A DNA stretch of 64,000 bases from positions 1-64,000 of IMG/VR virus record IMGVR_UViG_3300032579_000531. One strand, written 5' to 3'. Below the pieces are notes generated by a model. That model was not told the origin of the DNA and did not search any database. It saw nothing but the letters and a program-made list of their open reading frames with translations. This document shows positions 18,500 through 27,413 of this stretch, piece by piece; position 1 is the first letter of the stretch; the number at the start of each line of letters is the position of its first letter. This DNA comes from a virus. A program made the translations under genes and the position numbers.

Positions 18500-18740
18500 T
18501 CTTCAACTCATCTATAGGTGGATAATCAATATAATCACCAAACTCCGAACTATACAATACTGCATCAGTTCCTAATATCTGAACTTCTAAATCGTGGTGT
18601 GTAATATCATAATCAACAAAGGTAAAGTCCTCATTATACACACGGAAGAAATAGAAGGTGCCGCCATTCATGTCAACGCCGTGCATGATAAATCCTTTTA
18701 CACCATTGGCAGGTTTAACACTTCTTATCTTCTCGTTCAT
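18486..18740 (-). CDS. Unrelated protein flanked by the family's boundary boxes
   Basis: Starts MNEKIR; ends over GAGTTGAAGAATGA; core FFRVYNEDFTFVDYDI unrelated. Confidence 0.65.
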   Translation of the reverse strand: MNEKIRSVKPANGVKGFIMHGVDMNGGTFYFFRVYNEDFTFVDYDITHHDLEVQILGTDAVLYSSEFGDYIDYPPIDELKNESR

Positions 18741-18997
18741 TCTTCAACTCCGAAATGTTGTTTAATTACTAAAACCGATTCATTCATACCAGCGATAGCA
18801 CCTTGCTCGTAAGAGTAAACACCTTCGTCCGCAATTTTCTTTGTGAGGCTATTATTGTTGTATGTTTCAATAGTGGTTACACATTCCCGAACAATCAACT
18901 CGGCGAATCGTAGTCTTAAAAATTCATCTGGATTGCATCCACAATCACATTCTTGTAGATTAACTTGTTGCCAAAGTTGTTCAAACCGATTGTTCAT
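18737..18997 (-). CDS. MNERIK/FAELIV/FGVEE family mini-protein
   Basis: MNNRFEQL..RFAELIVRECV..IKQHFGVEE. Confidence 0.75.
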   Translation of the reverse strand: MNNRFEQLWQQVNLQECDCGCNPDEFLRLRFAELIVRECVTTIETYNNNSLTKKIADEGVYSYEQGAIAGMNESVLVIKQHFGVEE

Positions 18998-19229
18998 TAT
19001 TGCACCCCATATGATCTTTAACATAATCACTTACCCTATTAGCGTGGCTTCTAATTTCTTTATCATTAAGCGATTGTAAGTTATAGTTAAATGTTAGTGC
19101 GAGTTTAGCACATTCTTTAATAATCAACTCGGCGAACTTTTCTAATTCGTTGTATGACATATTGCCGTCACTTAGATTAGCCTCTGTAATGCCAACCTGT
19201 TCACTAAGTTCTCTAATCTTCTCGTTCAT
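18981..19229 (-). CDS. MNERIK/FAELIV family mini-protein
   Basis: MNEKIREL..KFAELIIKECA..VKDHMG. Confidence 0.75.
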   Translation of the reverse strand: MNEKIRELSEQVGITEANLSDGNMSYNELEKFAELIIKECAKLALTFNYNLQSLNDKEIRSHANRVSDYVKDHMGCNNEQSV

Positions 19230-19460
19230 TTATAGACCTTGTGATTTTCTATAGTCTTCGAATTTATAATATTCAGATAAGCTATTAAATGAAATGCTGT
19301 CCGTTTCGCTATTTTTATATTGTATTACAGCATTAAATTTAGTCTTAGCATATTGATCAAAATCATCACTTGATTTTAGTAGAATTTTATCAAACCTTGC
19401 TGCCTTCTTAAATGCTTTGGCGTTGCGACTATATTTTGTGAAATTTACAGTTACAGTCAT
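19230..19460 (-). CDS. Hypothetical protein within the MNERIK array
   Basis: Start codon lies in the GGAATTGAAGAATGA box of the upstream gene. Confidence 0.6.
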   Translation of the reverse strand: MTVTVNFTKYSRNAKAFKKAARFDKILLKSSDDFDQYAKTKFNAVIQYKNSETDSISFNSLSEYYKFEDYRKSQGL

Positions 19461-19690
19461 TCTTCAATTCCGAAGTATTCTTTAACACTTTCATTACAAT
19501 GCGTAATAGCATCATTCCATCCAAGATAAAAATCTCTATGCGTACTGTTAACAGCATATGATTTATTTTGTCGTATAAATTCCCGCACAATTAACTCGGC
19601 GAACTTTTCAGCAAATACCGGATCATAATAATGAATCGAATCTCCATTATTTTGAGCCTGTAGAGCAAGTTGTTTAATCCGTTCGTTCAT
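19457..19690 (-). CDS. MNERIK/FAELIV/FGVEE family mini-protein
   Basis: MNERIKQL..KFAELIVREF..EYFGIEE. Confidence 0.78.
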   Translation of the reverse strand: MNERIKQLALQAQNNGDSIHYYDPVFAEKFAELIVREFIRQNKSYAVNSTHRDFYLGWNDAITHCNESVKEYFGIEE

Positions 19691-19920
19691 TATTTTGCCT
19701 TCTGATATTGTCGTTTAATTTGTTCTACAGCATGTTTAACTGAGGCATTATAACCATTTTCCCAATCTTGATACCCACTCTCCGGCTCGGCAATTTTCTG
19801 ACTTTTGATAATCTTGCAGATATCTCTAGCAATCAACTCAGCTAACAAGTTAGCACGACCTGCAAGTTCTGGTGCCGCAAATCCTGCTTCTAGCATTAGT
19901 TCTTTTATTCTATCGTTCAT
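19690..19920 (-). CDS. MNERIK family mini-protein
   Basis: MNDRIKELMLEAGFAAPELAGRANLLAELI. Confidence 0.75.
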   Translation of the reverse strand: MNDRIKELMLEAGFAAPELAGRANLLAELIARDICKIIKSQKIAEPESGYQDWENGYNASVKHAVEQIKRQYQKAK

Positions 19921-20159
19921 TCTTCAACTCCGAAATGTTGTTTAATTTGATCTGCAGAAAAGTATGCGCCTTGGCCGAATTCTGGAGCGATGTCGTTATT
20001 ACAGTCCCCTACTTGAACCGCAACACCTGCACATTCCCGAACAATCAACTCGGCGAACTTTTCTCTTAACGGTTCAGGAAGCATAATAGTGGCATACTGA
20101 TGTTGTTTTGAGAACTCTTCTATAGAATCGTCCCAAAGTTGTTTAATCCGCTCGTTCAT
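19917..20159 (-). CDS. MNERIK/FAELIV/FGVEE family mini-protein
   Basis: MNERIKQL..KFAELIVRECA..IKQHFGVEE. Confidence 0.78.
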   Translation of the reverse strand: MNERIKQLWDDSIEEFSKQHQYATIMLPEPLREKFAELIVRECAGVAVQVGDCNNDIAPEFGQGAYFSADQIKQHFGVEE

Positions 20160-21457
20160 AACTTCTCTCCCGGTTCAAATCCGCGGAATCCTTTGAAACG
20201 TGGGAATCGTAAACTGTAAGTACCGTCTTGATTTTGTGTTACAGCATCGGCACGGACTTCAACAATGTTACCGACAAGGTTATCCCTAGCGGCCCAATAA
20301 GTAATGCGATTATCATCTGTAAGTCCTGATCCGACATTGGTCCTAATAAGTTTACCATCATCTGTTCCTTCTACAATTAATGCACCTAGTCGGCCTTCAT
20401 TCTTACCTGTGCCTTCTTCGGTGCCCACTACTGTTAAACTAACTTCAATGTAGGGCTTTTGTTTTAACCATGCCACTGAACGTTTAGTTTCGTATGGTGC
20501 GTCGGGATCTTTAATCATAATTCCTTCGTAACCGCCTGCGATTGCTTGTGCATTAATTTCCTTGAACTTGGCCTGGTGCTCGGGGTTTTCTAAGTCTAAT
20601 AACACTTGCCCAACAATATCTACGTTAGGCATATGATCGGCTAAAGGGGTAAACCACTGCTTTAACCAAGTACTACGTTCAATTTGTGTACGTGAGCTTA
20701 GTCCTGCTTGAAAATCTTTAAGTGTAAGGATGTCAAACAAGTTAAGCACAGCATCGTTGCTTTCAACATCGCTCTTACGATGCACTTGTTTCATTAGGTC
20801 CTGGAACGAACTTGACATTACTTCGCCATCTAAGACCATTGGCTCTTGAAAGAAGATAGCGTGTTTGCTAATTTGTTTTGCAATATGCGGAAAGTTTACT
20901 AGCTCTTTACCGTTCCGGCTAAACATACTGACAGCGCCAGAAGGATACACGATAGTAATAACACGAACTCCGTCCAACTTAACTTCCACCAACTTTTTGC
21001 CTGAGACTTTGCTTTCATGGTTAGCACCATCATGCGCTAATTGACAAGAAAATACAGGAACAGCATATTTCTTATCTGCATGTTTATTGACTGTAGTATC
21101 GCTAGTTCCGCAACGCATATCCTTAATAAGAATACGACGGTACCATTGATTCCACTCCTGTTCTGTTGCGTTCATACGCAAATAGTTAATCGCGGTAAGT
21201 GCGGCAATGCCTGTCACTTGACGTGAGCTAAGGGAGTCGGCCGTTTTCCAAAATGCATCAGATGTAATACCCTTACCGTCGCCTGACTTTTCTTCTACCT
21301 TCTTTACACCAAAGGTAACCATAGCATCATACGCCGCACGGAATCCACGAAACAATTCGTCGTTGCCTGCAATGCTCTCACGTTTGATAATAGCTTCTTT
21401 GGCCAACCGACTAGCATCTGCTTCTAGCTCTGCAACAACTTCCCAGGGTTTCAACAT
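20156..21457 (-). CDS. lig: ATP-dependent DNA ligase
   Basis: Motif I EVKLDGVR, LDGEV, FDIL, EGIMIK, SLRFPRF. Confidence 0.95.
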   Translation of the reverse strand: MLKPWEVVAELEADASRLAKEAIIKRESIAGNDELFRGFRAAYDAMVTFGVKKVEEKSGDGKGITSDAFWKTADSLSSRQVTGIAALTAINYLRMNATEQEWNQWYRRILIKDMRCGTSDTTVNKHADKKYAVPVFSCQLAHDGANHESKVSGKKLVEVKLDGVRVITIVYPSGAVSMFSRNGKELVNFPHIAKQISKHAIFFQEPMVLDGEVMSSSFQDLMKQVHRKSDVESNDAVLNLFDILTLKDFQAGLSSRTQIERSTWLKQWFTPLADHMPNVDIVGQVLLDLENPEHQAKFKEINAQAIAGGYEGIMIKDPDAPYETKRSVAWLKQKPYIEVSLTVVGTEEGTGKNEGRLGALIVEGTDDGKLIRTNVGSGLTDDNRITYWAARDNLVGNIVEVRADAVTQNQDGTYSLRFPRFKGFRGFEPGEKL

Positions 21458-21672
21458 TAAGCTACCTCTTTCTCACGGAATGATAAAATTATATCACGTA
21501 CACGCTCCCGGTCTACGCTGTCGCCTTCAAATTCTGTTTGACCAAAATCTTCTTCCATACGGACTTTGTATAACTGGGTTGCAAGGATAACCTGCTTAGA
21601 AGTAAAACCGTAATCGTAAATGCCGTTAGGACCATAAAAATCTAACATATATTTGGTAAAATTTAAGTTCAT
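21457..21672 (-). CDS. Hypothetical early protein
   Basis: FYGPNGIY..FEGDSVDRERVRD; SD AGGAG; own promoter. Confidence 0.65.
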   Translation of the reverse strand: MNLNFTKYMLDFYGPNGIYDYGFTSKQVILATQLYKVRMEEDFGQTEFEGDSVDRERVRDIILSFREKEVA

Positions 21673-21702
21673 TTACGGCTCCTGTTTATTTACTATACAA
21701 CT

Positions 21703-21731
21703 ATTATACATTAAATGGATTTAATGGACAA
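21703..21731 (-). promoter_or_regulatory. Early sigma70-type promoter (repeated module)
   Basis: TTGTCC-N17-TATAAT followed by AGTTGTATAG. Confidence 0.75.
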
Positions 21732-21736
21732 CCACT

Positions 21737-21931
21737 TTAAAAGTGGAAATCCCTTACCCAATCAAACCGTGTAGTAGCAGGAACCCAACGTCTTTGTTGT
21801 CTTTTGTGCTCAGGAAGATGTAGATCGAACTCAACAAGAACCCAGTCTCGTTGTTGCGAAAAAGCAACAGTTTCTTGGGTGCGTACAACACGAACAAAAC
21901 GATCGTTAAAACGAGCAACTGTTATTGTCAT
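21737..21931 (-). CDS. Hypothetical early protein
   Basis: SD and promoter at 21961-21989. Confidence 0.6.
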   Translation of the reverse strand: MTITVARFNDRFVRVVRTQETVAFSQQRDWVLVEFDLHLPEHKRQQRRWVPATTRFDWVRDFHF

Positions 21932-21960
21932 ACACCCCCCTTGTTATTCACTATACAACT

Positions 21961-21989
21961 ATTATAACATTTTGGGAATTAATGGTCTA
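21961..21989 (-). promoter_or_regulatory. Early sigma70-type promoter (repeated module)
   Basis: TAGACC-N17-TATAAT-AGTTGTATAG. Confidence 0.7.
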
Positions 21990-22379
21990 CCAGTCCTGTT
22001 CTGCTTGCTCGGTGGTATTCTTTAGTTCATTCCACATATACTTCTGTTCGCATTCTTTGTAATAAGAATCGCGAGCTTCCCGTGCATCCGATGAACACCA
22101 CCACTGGACTGCTTCGTAACTACCTTGACATTCACGTGGAGCACACTCGCGAATCCACATAGCCAAGCCCCAATAGGTTTGTTTGTTGGCAGAGTCTGCA
22201 TTGTATAAGGCACGTTCAAAATCGTAGGCAAACATAGCTTCTAAGTGTCCACCTGGTGGCAAGCCGTCGAACAAAAAACGATTTAATGCTTCTGTAGTCT
22301 GCTCAGAGAAGCGCATACCCATATACCTAAGGTTTTCGTATACCTCTGTTTCAAAATCGAGTTTCATACGTTCAGTCAT
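21987..22379 (-). CDS. Hypothetical phage protein
   Basis: GLPPGGHLEAM..P.ECQGSYEAV motif. Confidence 0.65.
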   Translation of the reverse strand: MTERMKLDFETEVYENLRYMGMRFSEQTTEALNRFLFDGLPPGGHLEAMFAYDFERALYNADSANKQTYWGLAMWIRECAPRECQGSYEAVQWWCSSDAREARDSYYKECEQKYMWNELKNTTEQAEQDW

Positions 22380-22582
22380 TTTTCAACTCCAAAATGTTTT
22401 TTCAAAACCTCAACACACCGACGAACTTCCATATCCTCACGGTTATTATCGCCCATATAACGCTTTTGTACAATATCAACACATTCCTGCACAATCAGGT
22501 CTGCAAGCACCTGCGCCCGATTAGCAATCTCAGGAGCCGCATATCCTGCTTCTAGCATTAGTTCTTTTAATCGTTCGTTCAT
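22376..22582 (-). CDS. MNERIK family mini-protein (outlier copy)
   Basis: MNERLKELMLEAGYAAPE..LADLIVQEC..KKHFGVEK. Confidence 0.78.
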   Translation of the reverse strand: MNERLKELMLEAGYAAPEIANRAQVLADLIVQECVDIVQKRYMGDNNREDMEVRRCVEVLKKHFGVEK

Positions 22583-23013
22583 GCTGTTTCCTTTGCTACT
22601 GCTTCGTGTAGTGGGTTAAACTCATTACTTGAGTCTAGTACATACCAAACACCGTGATCATACAAATAAAAATATTCACAGCCACTGGCTTCGTAATGCT
22701 CAACAAAATCTGCTTCGCTACCAAAGCTGACGAACGTAGCATCTTCCTCTTCGCGATCGCGATCGTAGAAAGTGCATTGTTGAGCAATCCCATCAGGTAA
22801 GTATTCCGAACGTTGTGAAAAGTCATGCTTCTCACCAATGTCTGCACCAATGCACGACATATCTCCCATGGAGATCAACTTGTTTACTTTGATGCTATCT
22901 TGGTAGTAAGTATCAATGCATAGGCCAACATGCCCAACATAACCATCGTAATGACAATAGATGGCTTTAATACGATCACCGTGCTTGATACCGATTGCTG
23001 AACGTGTACTCAT
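22579..23013 (-). CDS. Conserved hypothetical phage protein
   Basis: MSTRSAIG..IYCHYDGY..EYFYLY. Confidence 0.7.
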   Translation of the reverse strand: MSTRSAIGIKHGDRIKAIYCHYDGYVGHVGLCIDTYYQDSIKVNKLISMGDMSCIGADIGEKHDFSQRSEYLPDGIAQQCTFYDRDREEEDATFVSFGSEADFVEHYEASGCEYFYLYDHGVWYVLDSSNEFNPLHEAVAKETA

Positions 23014-23366
23014 TGTGCTTTTTCCTCCACCGATTTAACATGCTTACATTCGCCACGGAACATAAACCCTGGGCATGTACATTTTAACATATTATCTGTT
23101 TTCTGGACAACATAAGTATCACCCTTACTACCTGTAAATTCCCACTTTTCTGATTTTACTTCGTCTAAGTTGATTTCACCTAGTTCTTTAACTTCTATAA
23201 AGGTTCTACGACGTTGATCAAAGTTCAACGGTTTCTTAAAGGTAACAGTATCGCCTGATCCGGCTTTGATATAACCATACATCTTGCTCTTATCAGTAGT
23301 CAACAAGTAAGTATGGTTTGGAGTTGGATGAGCCCAATCCCGAGTAGTTTCTTTGTAGAATTTCAA
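23010..23366 (-). CDS. SWIM zinc-finger protein
   Basis: GSKGDTYVV..CTCPGFMFRGECKHV. Confidence 0.75.
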   Translation of the reverse strand: MKFYKETTRDWAHPTPNHTYLLTTDKSKMYGYIKAGSGDTVTFKKPLNFDQRRRTFIEVKELGEINLDEVKSEKWEFTGSKGDTYVVQKTDNMLKCTCPGFMFRGECKHVKSVEEKAQ

Positions 23367-23675
23367 TTACATGCTCCAGTAAGATTCACTAGCAGGTGAC
23401 ATGAATACTGGAGTGTTAATTGGTTCCATGAACTTCTTACCAGTCATGATGTTAGTACGTTCAATCATGTTAGTATCTACCAACATAACTTTCATTTGCT
23501 TTAGGTATTCATCTGAAGCGCACATACGGATACCGTTCTTGCCAGTAACTCGAATATCAATCCAAGGAATAGTTTGGCCTGCAGCATTTAGGTCCAGGAC
23601 AATGTTTGTAATCTCACCAGTTAATTTACCAGCGGCACTAACCCAACTAATTTTGCTACCAATTTTTAAGTTCAT
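23367..23675 (-). CDS. Hypothetical early protein
   Basis: C-term NTP..MSPASESYWSM; SD and promoter. Confidence 0.65.
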   Translation of the reverse strand: MNLKIGSKISWVSAAGKLTGEITNIVLDLNAAGQTIPWIDIRVTGKNGIRMCASDEYLKQMKVMLVDTNMIERTNIMTGKKFMEPINTPVFMSPASESYWSM

Positions 23676-23705
23676 TTACTGCTCCTTATTAATCACTATA
23701 CAAAC

Positions 23706-23734
23706 ATTATAGCATTTTGGCCTTTTTGGATCAA
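23706..23734 (-). promoter_or_regulatory. Early sigma70-type promoter
   Basis: TTGATC-N17-TATAAT-GTTTGTATAG. Confidence 0.7.
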
Positions 23735-23751
23735 CCAAAATTTTACCCCGC

Positions 23752-23777
23752 AAAAAACCCCCATTTAAGGGGGTTTT
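23752..23777 (-). terminator. Intrinsic terminator
   Basis: AAAACCCCC-loop-GGGGGTTTT hairpin with U-tract. Confidence 0.7.
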
Positions 23778-23794
23778 GGGGTGTTGTTTTTAGA

Positions 23795-24949
23795 CTACAC
23801 TAAGTAGCTGTCCAAATCTGGCAACAAATACCCTGGGATATTGATATTATTGTTGATAATATAGTAAGGACTTGTACATTTCTTTAATCCCACCTGAGTG
23901 CCAGCGTTACGTGATATATATTGATCGTTTATAGAGCTTAAGAACTGTTTATTAGTCCAACGCCAAGATTGAAAGTACTTGGGATTATAATCATTGATCC
24001 AATGGTCGCTTTTCCATAACATAGATCCTTTGGGTTTAGCGACCTGAAATGTATCTGGATTATAATCAGGACAACATACAATCTGATAGATGTGTTTATA
24101 GTAGGTGGAAATGTATTTTGTATCAGACCCTGTTAGCTTTAATTGTTTCATTTTTTCTAGGTTGTCTAAAATAAACTCAAGAATGTTGTGCGCCTGCATT
24201 ACAGGAATCATTGGTGCGTCGGGGGACCAATAAAACATTTCTGTATTTCTGTCCGGGTCCTGAGCTCCGCCTAGATTATCAGTAAAATACGCATAAAAAG
24301 AATTGTTACTAATCCCGCATTTAATTTTATCATATCCGAGTACTACGCCTACACTCTTATTTTTTTCTATTTGGGCTTGTTCAAATTTTGATTTACGATT
24401 AAATCTAAAAAACGATAGCATCGACTGATAGTGATTACTTGCAAAGAAATCTGATTCAGATAGTTCTTGCTGAATACATTCTGAGTAATCATCAACTACT
24501 ATATTAGTATTAGGATAGTTCTTTTTAATATAATCTAAGACAGGAACTACTGCGTATTCAAACTCACTGGATAAATTAGAAGAATCTTTATTGCTACTGT
24601 CGGGATCTTTGAATTTACGTTCAGCAAATGCCCAGCGTGTGAATATTTCATCAACGTGAATGCCATTACTTAAAAAACTATTCAATACCGTCCATGAGTC
24701 CATTCCACCACTAAAGTGTATGATTACATAGTCATACTTGTCGCGAATTTGCTGAGCACGTTCTCTATATAAATCTCTTAGGGTACCTGCGGGCCGGTGA
24801 CTCCAGTTGATAGCATTAAATACATCGTCATGAAACTTCCAAATCAATTCTTTGCCTGTTTTGGAGGCTTGAAACACAGCCTCAGACTTGTTTATGTATA
24901 TTTGATCGCCGACTGTATAATAGCCATGTGGTGAATTAATTGGAATCAT
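23795..24949 (-). CDS. PP-loop (adenine nucleotide alpha-hydrolase-like) protein
   Basis: RAQQIRDKYDYVIIHFSGGMDS. Confidence 0.7.
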   Translation of the reverse strand: MIPINSPHGYYTVGDQIYINKSEAVFQASKTGKELIWKFHDDVFNAINWSHRPAGTLRDLYRERAQQIRDKYDYVIIHFSGGMDSWTVLNSFLSNGIHVDEIFTRWAFAERKFKDPDSSNKDSSNLSSEFEYAVVPVLDYIKKNYPNTNIVVDDYSECIQQELSESDFFASNHYQSMLSFFRFNRKSKFEQAQIEKNKSVGVVLGYDKIKCGISNNSFYAYFTDNLGGAQDPDRNTEMFYWSPDAPMIPVMQAHNILEFILDNLEKMKQLKLTGSDTKYISTYYKHIYQIVCCPDYNPDTFQVAKPKGSMLWKSDHWINDYNPKYFQSWRWTNKQFLSSINDQYISRNAGTQVGLKKCTSPYYIINNNINIPGYLLPDLDSYLV

Positions 24950-25575
24950 CGGTAGCACATAAATGAAGTAAAACACCAGCTGGCATCAATAATTTGTATA
25001 TTTTTAAATCCAATGCACTCTAAGGTATCCAGGTACCACTTGGGATCTCGGATATACATTATATCTTTTACAGCGTTTTCTTTAGATTCAATTTCTTCCA
25101 GAGTTACACCTTGCGCTAATTTCCAATTATGATAATGATTTATAGCAGTAGGATCCAGACTTGTCTTTTCGCTTAAGATAAAGAAACCGTCTGGTTGCAT
25201 ATTACGATGTATGTCTATTAGATATTTTTCTTTATCTTCTATAAAGTGTAAAGTCCAGTTACACAGAACAGCATCAAATGTTTCGTTGGGAAATCTATCA
25301 CTGTGTATCAATCTAGCAACGCTGGGATCACAATATTTTAACATTGCATGACTGGCCTCGACACCTATTAAGTTATCAAATCCTGCAGAATTTAATCTAC
25401 GTAGAGTTTCTCCTGTGGCGCAACCTACATCAATGATGCAACTCGATTCTTCTAAGTACCATTTGCACATACTAACGCATTTATCAATTACAAGATCGTA
25501 GTTGGGTATATGTTGACGTGCATGGTCAACAAAGTTTTTGGCAATGCCATCATCAAACTTCCAAGGTTGGGTCAT
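24946..25575 (-). CDS. CmoA-like class I methyltransferase
   Basis: WKFDDGIAKNFVDHARQHIPNY, IDVGCATG, NWTLHFI, ILSEK. Confidence 0.8.
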   Translation of the reverse strand: MTQPWKFDDGIAKNFVDHARQHIPNYDLVIDKCVSMCKWYLEESSCIIDVGCATGETLRRLNSAGFDNLIGVEASHAMLKYCDPSVARLIHSDRFPNETFDAVLCNWTLHFIEDKEKYLIDIHRNMQPDGFFILSEKTSLDPTAINHYHNWKLAQGVTLEEIESKENAVKDIMYIRDPKWYLDTLECIGFKNIQIIDASWCFTSFMCYR

Positions 25576-25585
25576 ATGGGTTATG

Positions 25586-26448
25586 TTACTTGATATTTTG
25601 GTAAAAGTCAATGGTCTTTTGTTGTTGCTCTCGAAAATCTTCTGCGGTTCCATTCCAGGGGCGGAACTCTAAATCTTCAAGACGTTGACGGTATTTGTCT
25701 TTTTTGAATCCATCAACTAATACTTGTTCTAGCTTCTTTGCTAATTCTGGATCCATTGTAGCTGGCGCAACGATGCCATACCAATTGTCTATATCTATTC
25801 CAGGATACAACGTACTTAAACAATCTATATCAAGGCCGCTGACACTATCTAATACAGCAATAGCGCAAACGTCGGGGTTAGCTTTTGCAGCCACCCAAGT
25901 GTCAAATGCAAAGTCTATTTCACCTGCAACCAATGCTTCAGCCTGTGTGGTACTACCAGTATAGGTGCGGGTAGTGGGTGTGGGTAAGCCGGCAAGTTTA
26001 ATCCATTGATTGATAACTCTTGCAGTTGGTTCGTGCCAGAATCCCAGAGTAAATCCCTCATGGACTTTTTTTAAAAAATCATTATAACTGCGAATATCTA
26101 GTGTGGAACGTGCTACAAGAACAAAACTGGTACGGGCTACAGGTGTTAACGGGACAAAACTGTCCCGTGTATATCCTAAGGACATTACGCTAGATTAGAT
26201 CCAACGCTGGTAGCACAACCTACCATTAATTTGTCTGCTAAGTTTGCACCAACTGAAGTAGCACAACCTACCATCAAACTACTATCTTTACTCGAGGCGT
26301 AACGAGCACCAACAGCGTTATTATCGCCTGGCATGTTTGTTACAGTAACGTCGTAACCTGCTTCTTTAAGAATATCCATAGCAATACGACCAACTGAGTC
26401 AGTTGCGCCACCTTGAGGATAAGGAACTACGATTTCTAATTTTGACAT
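25586..26448 (-). pseudogene. Split TctC/Bug-family binding protein (ORFs 26185-26448 and 25586-26185)
   Basis: N-part IVVPYPQGGATD..NMPG; C-part FVPL..WYGIVAP; break follows a duplicated LMVGCATSVGxNLA; no signal peptide. Confidence 0.7.
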
Positions 26449-26471
26449 ATTATTACTCCGGGAATATGCAA

Positions 26472-27413
26472 TTATTTATCTACTTCTGCGGCAATACGCT
26501 TTAGTATCTGCAAATTACGTTTTTGTAACACAAGTAGAGATTCTGAAGTGCCACCATATGTTTTAATATTAAGCATATCCATCTTTTCGCGGTACTTAGA
26601 TTCTTTAAATGCTGCATTAATGATTCGGTTCAACTCGTCTACGGTAGCCTTGGGAGTACCTGTTGGAGCCCATAACCCGTACCATACACCCACATTCAAT
26701 TCTGGGTGTGCAGTTGATATAGCAATAGCCGAGCTGTCGGGTTTAATTTTTTTAATAACTGATAATCCACCCTGGTCCAATGTAGCAAGTACACGGACCT
26801 TGTCGGCAGCAAAGAACGGCTGAATTGCTAACCATGTATCAAATCCCGACATGACCTGCCCGCCAACTAAGTCCTGCATTTGCGGAGTAGATCCTTTGTA
26901 CAAAATGATTGTCGGACGAGGCAACCCCTCTTTCTTAGCCCAATCATAAAATATATTAGCAGTATTGGCATTCCAAAACGCCAAATTAAATTTATCTGGA
27001 TTCGCCTTAACATAAAATTTAAACTGTTCGTAATTTTTAATAGGACTACCGGAGGGCACCGCCAGTACATAACTAATATTTGCTAACGGTACAATAGGAA
27101 CAAAACTTTGTTCTGTGTATTCCATACCTTGTGCTTTAAATGCTATGTTAGCGTCAAGAGCACCTGTTGCACCAACAAACAATGTTTTGCCATCGGGTTT
27201 TCCTTTAGCAACATAATTGGCACCAATGACAGCATCAGCTCCGGGCTTGTTTACAACAATACTTGGCATACCGTGTTCATTAAGAATTTCGCCAACAATG
27301 CGTCCTAGACTGTCTGTGGCCCCTCCCGGTGGATAAGGTACTACAATTTCAATTGGCTGTGCCGCAAATACTGCTGTTGATACAAATAATAATAGTGTTG
27401 CTAAAAATTTCAT
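26472..27413 (-). CDS. tctC: TctC/Bug-family periplasmic substrate-binding protein
   Basis: Signal peptide; IVVPYPPGGATD, NKPGA, KPDGKTL, YKG, WYGLWAPTGTP. Confidence 0.92.
   Translation of the reverse strand: MKFLATLLLFVSTAVFAAQPIEIVVPYPPGGATDSLGRIVGEILNEHGMPSIVVNKPGADAVIGANYVAKGKPDGKTLFVGATGALDANIAFKAQGMEYTEQSFVPIVPLANISYVLAVPSGSPIKNYEQFKFYVKANPDKFNLAFWNANTANIFYDWAKKEGLPRPTIILYKGSTPQMQDLVGGQVMSGFDTWLAIQPFFAADKVRVLATLDQGGLSVIKKIKPDSSAIAISTAHPELNVGVWYGLWAPTGTPKATVDELNRIINAAFKESKYREKMDMLNIKTYGGTSESLLVLQKRNLQILKRIAAEVDK

Larger units (their letters stand above)
18733..19947. repeat. Dispersed direct repeats in the MNERIK array
   Basis: 35 bp identical at 18733-18767 and 19913-19947; 28 bp at 18880-18907 and 20030-20057; 27 bp at 19881-19907 and 22543-22569. 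Confidence 0.85.

Noticed and set aside
18236-20159. CRISPR array suggested by recurring 28-35 bp repeats
   Set aside because: Repeats are of three kinds, irregularly spaced and lie in frame within ORFs; no cas genes seen.
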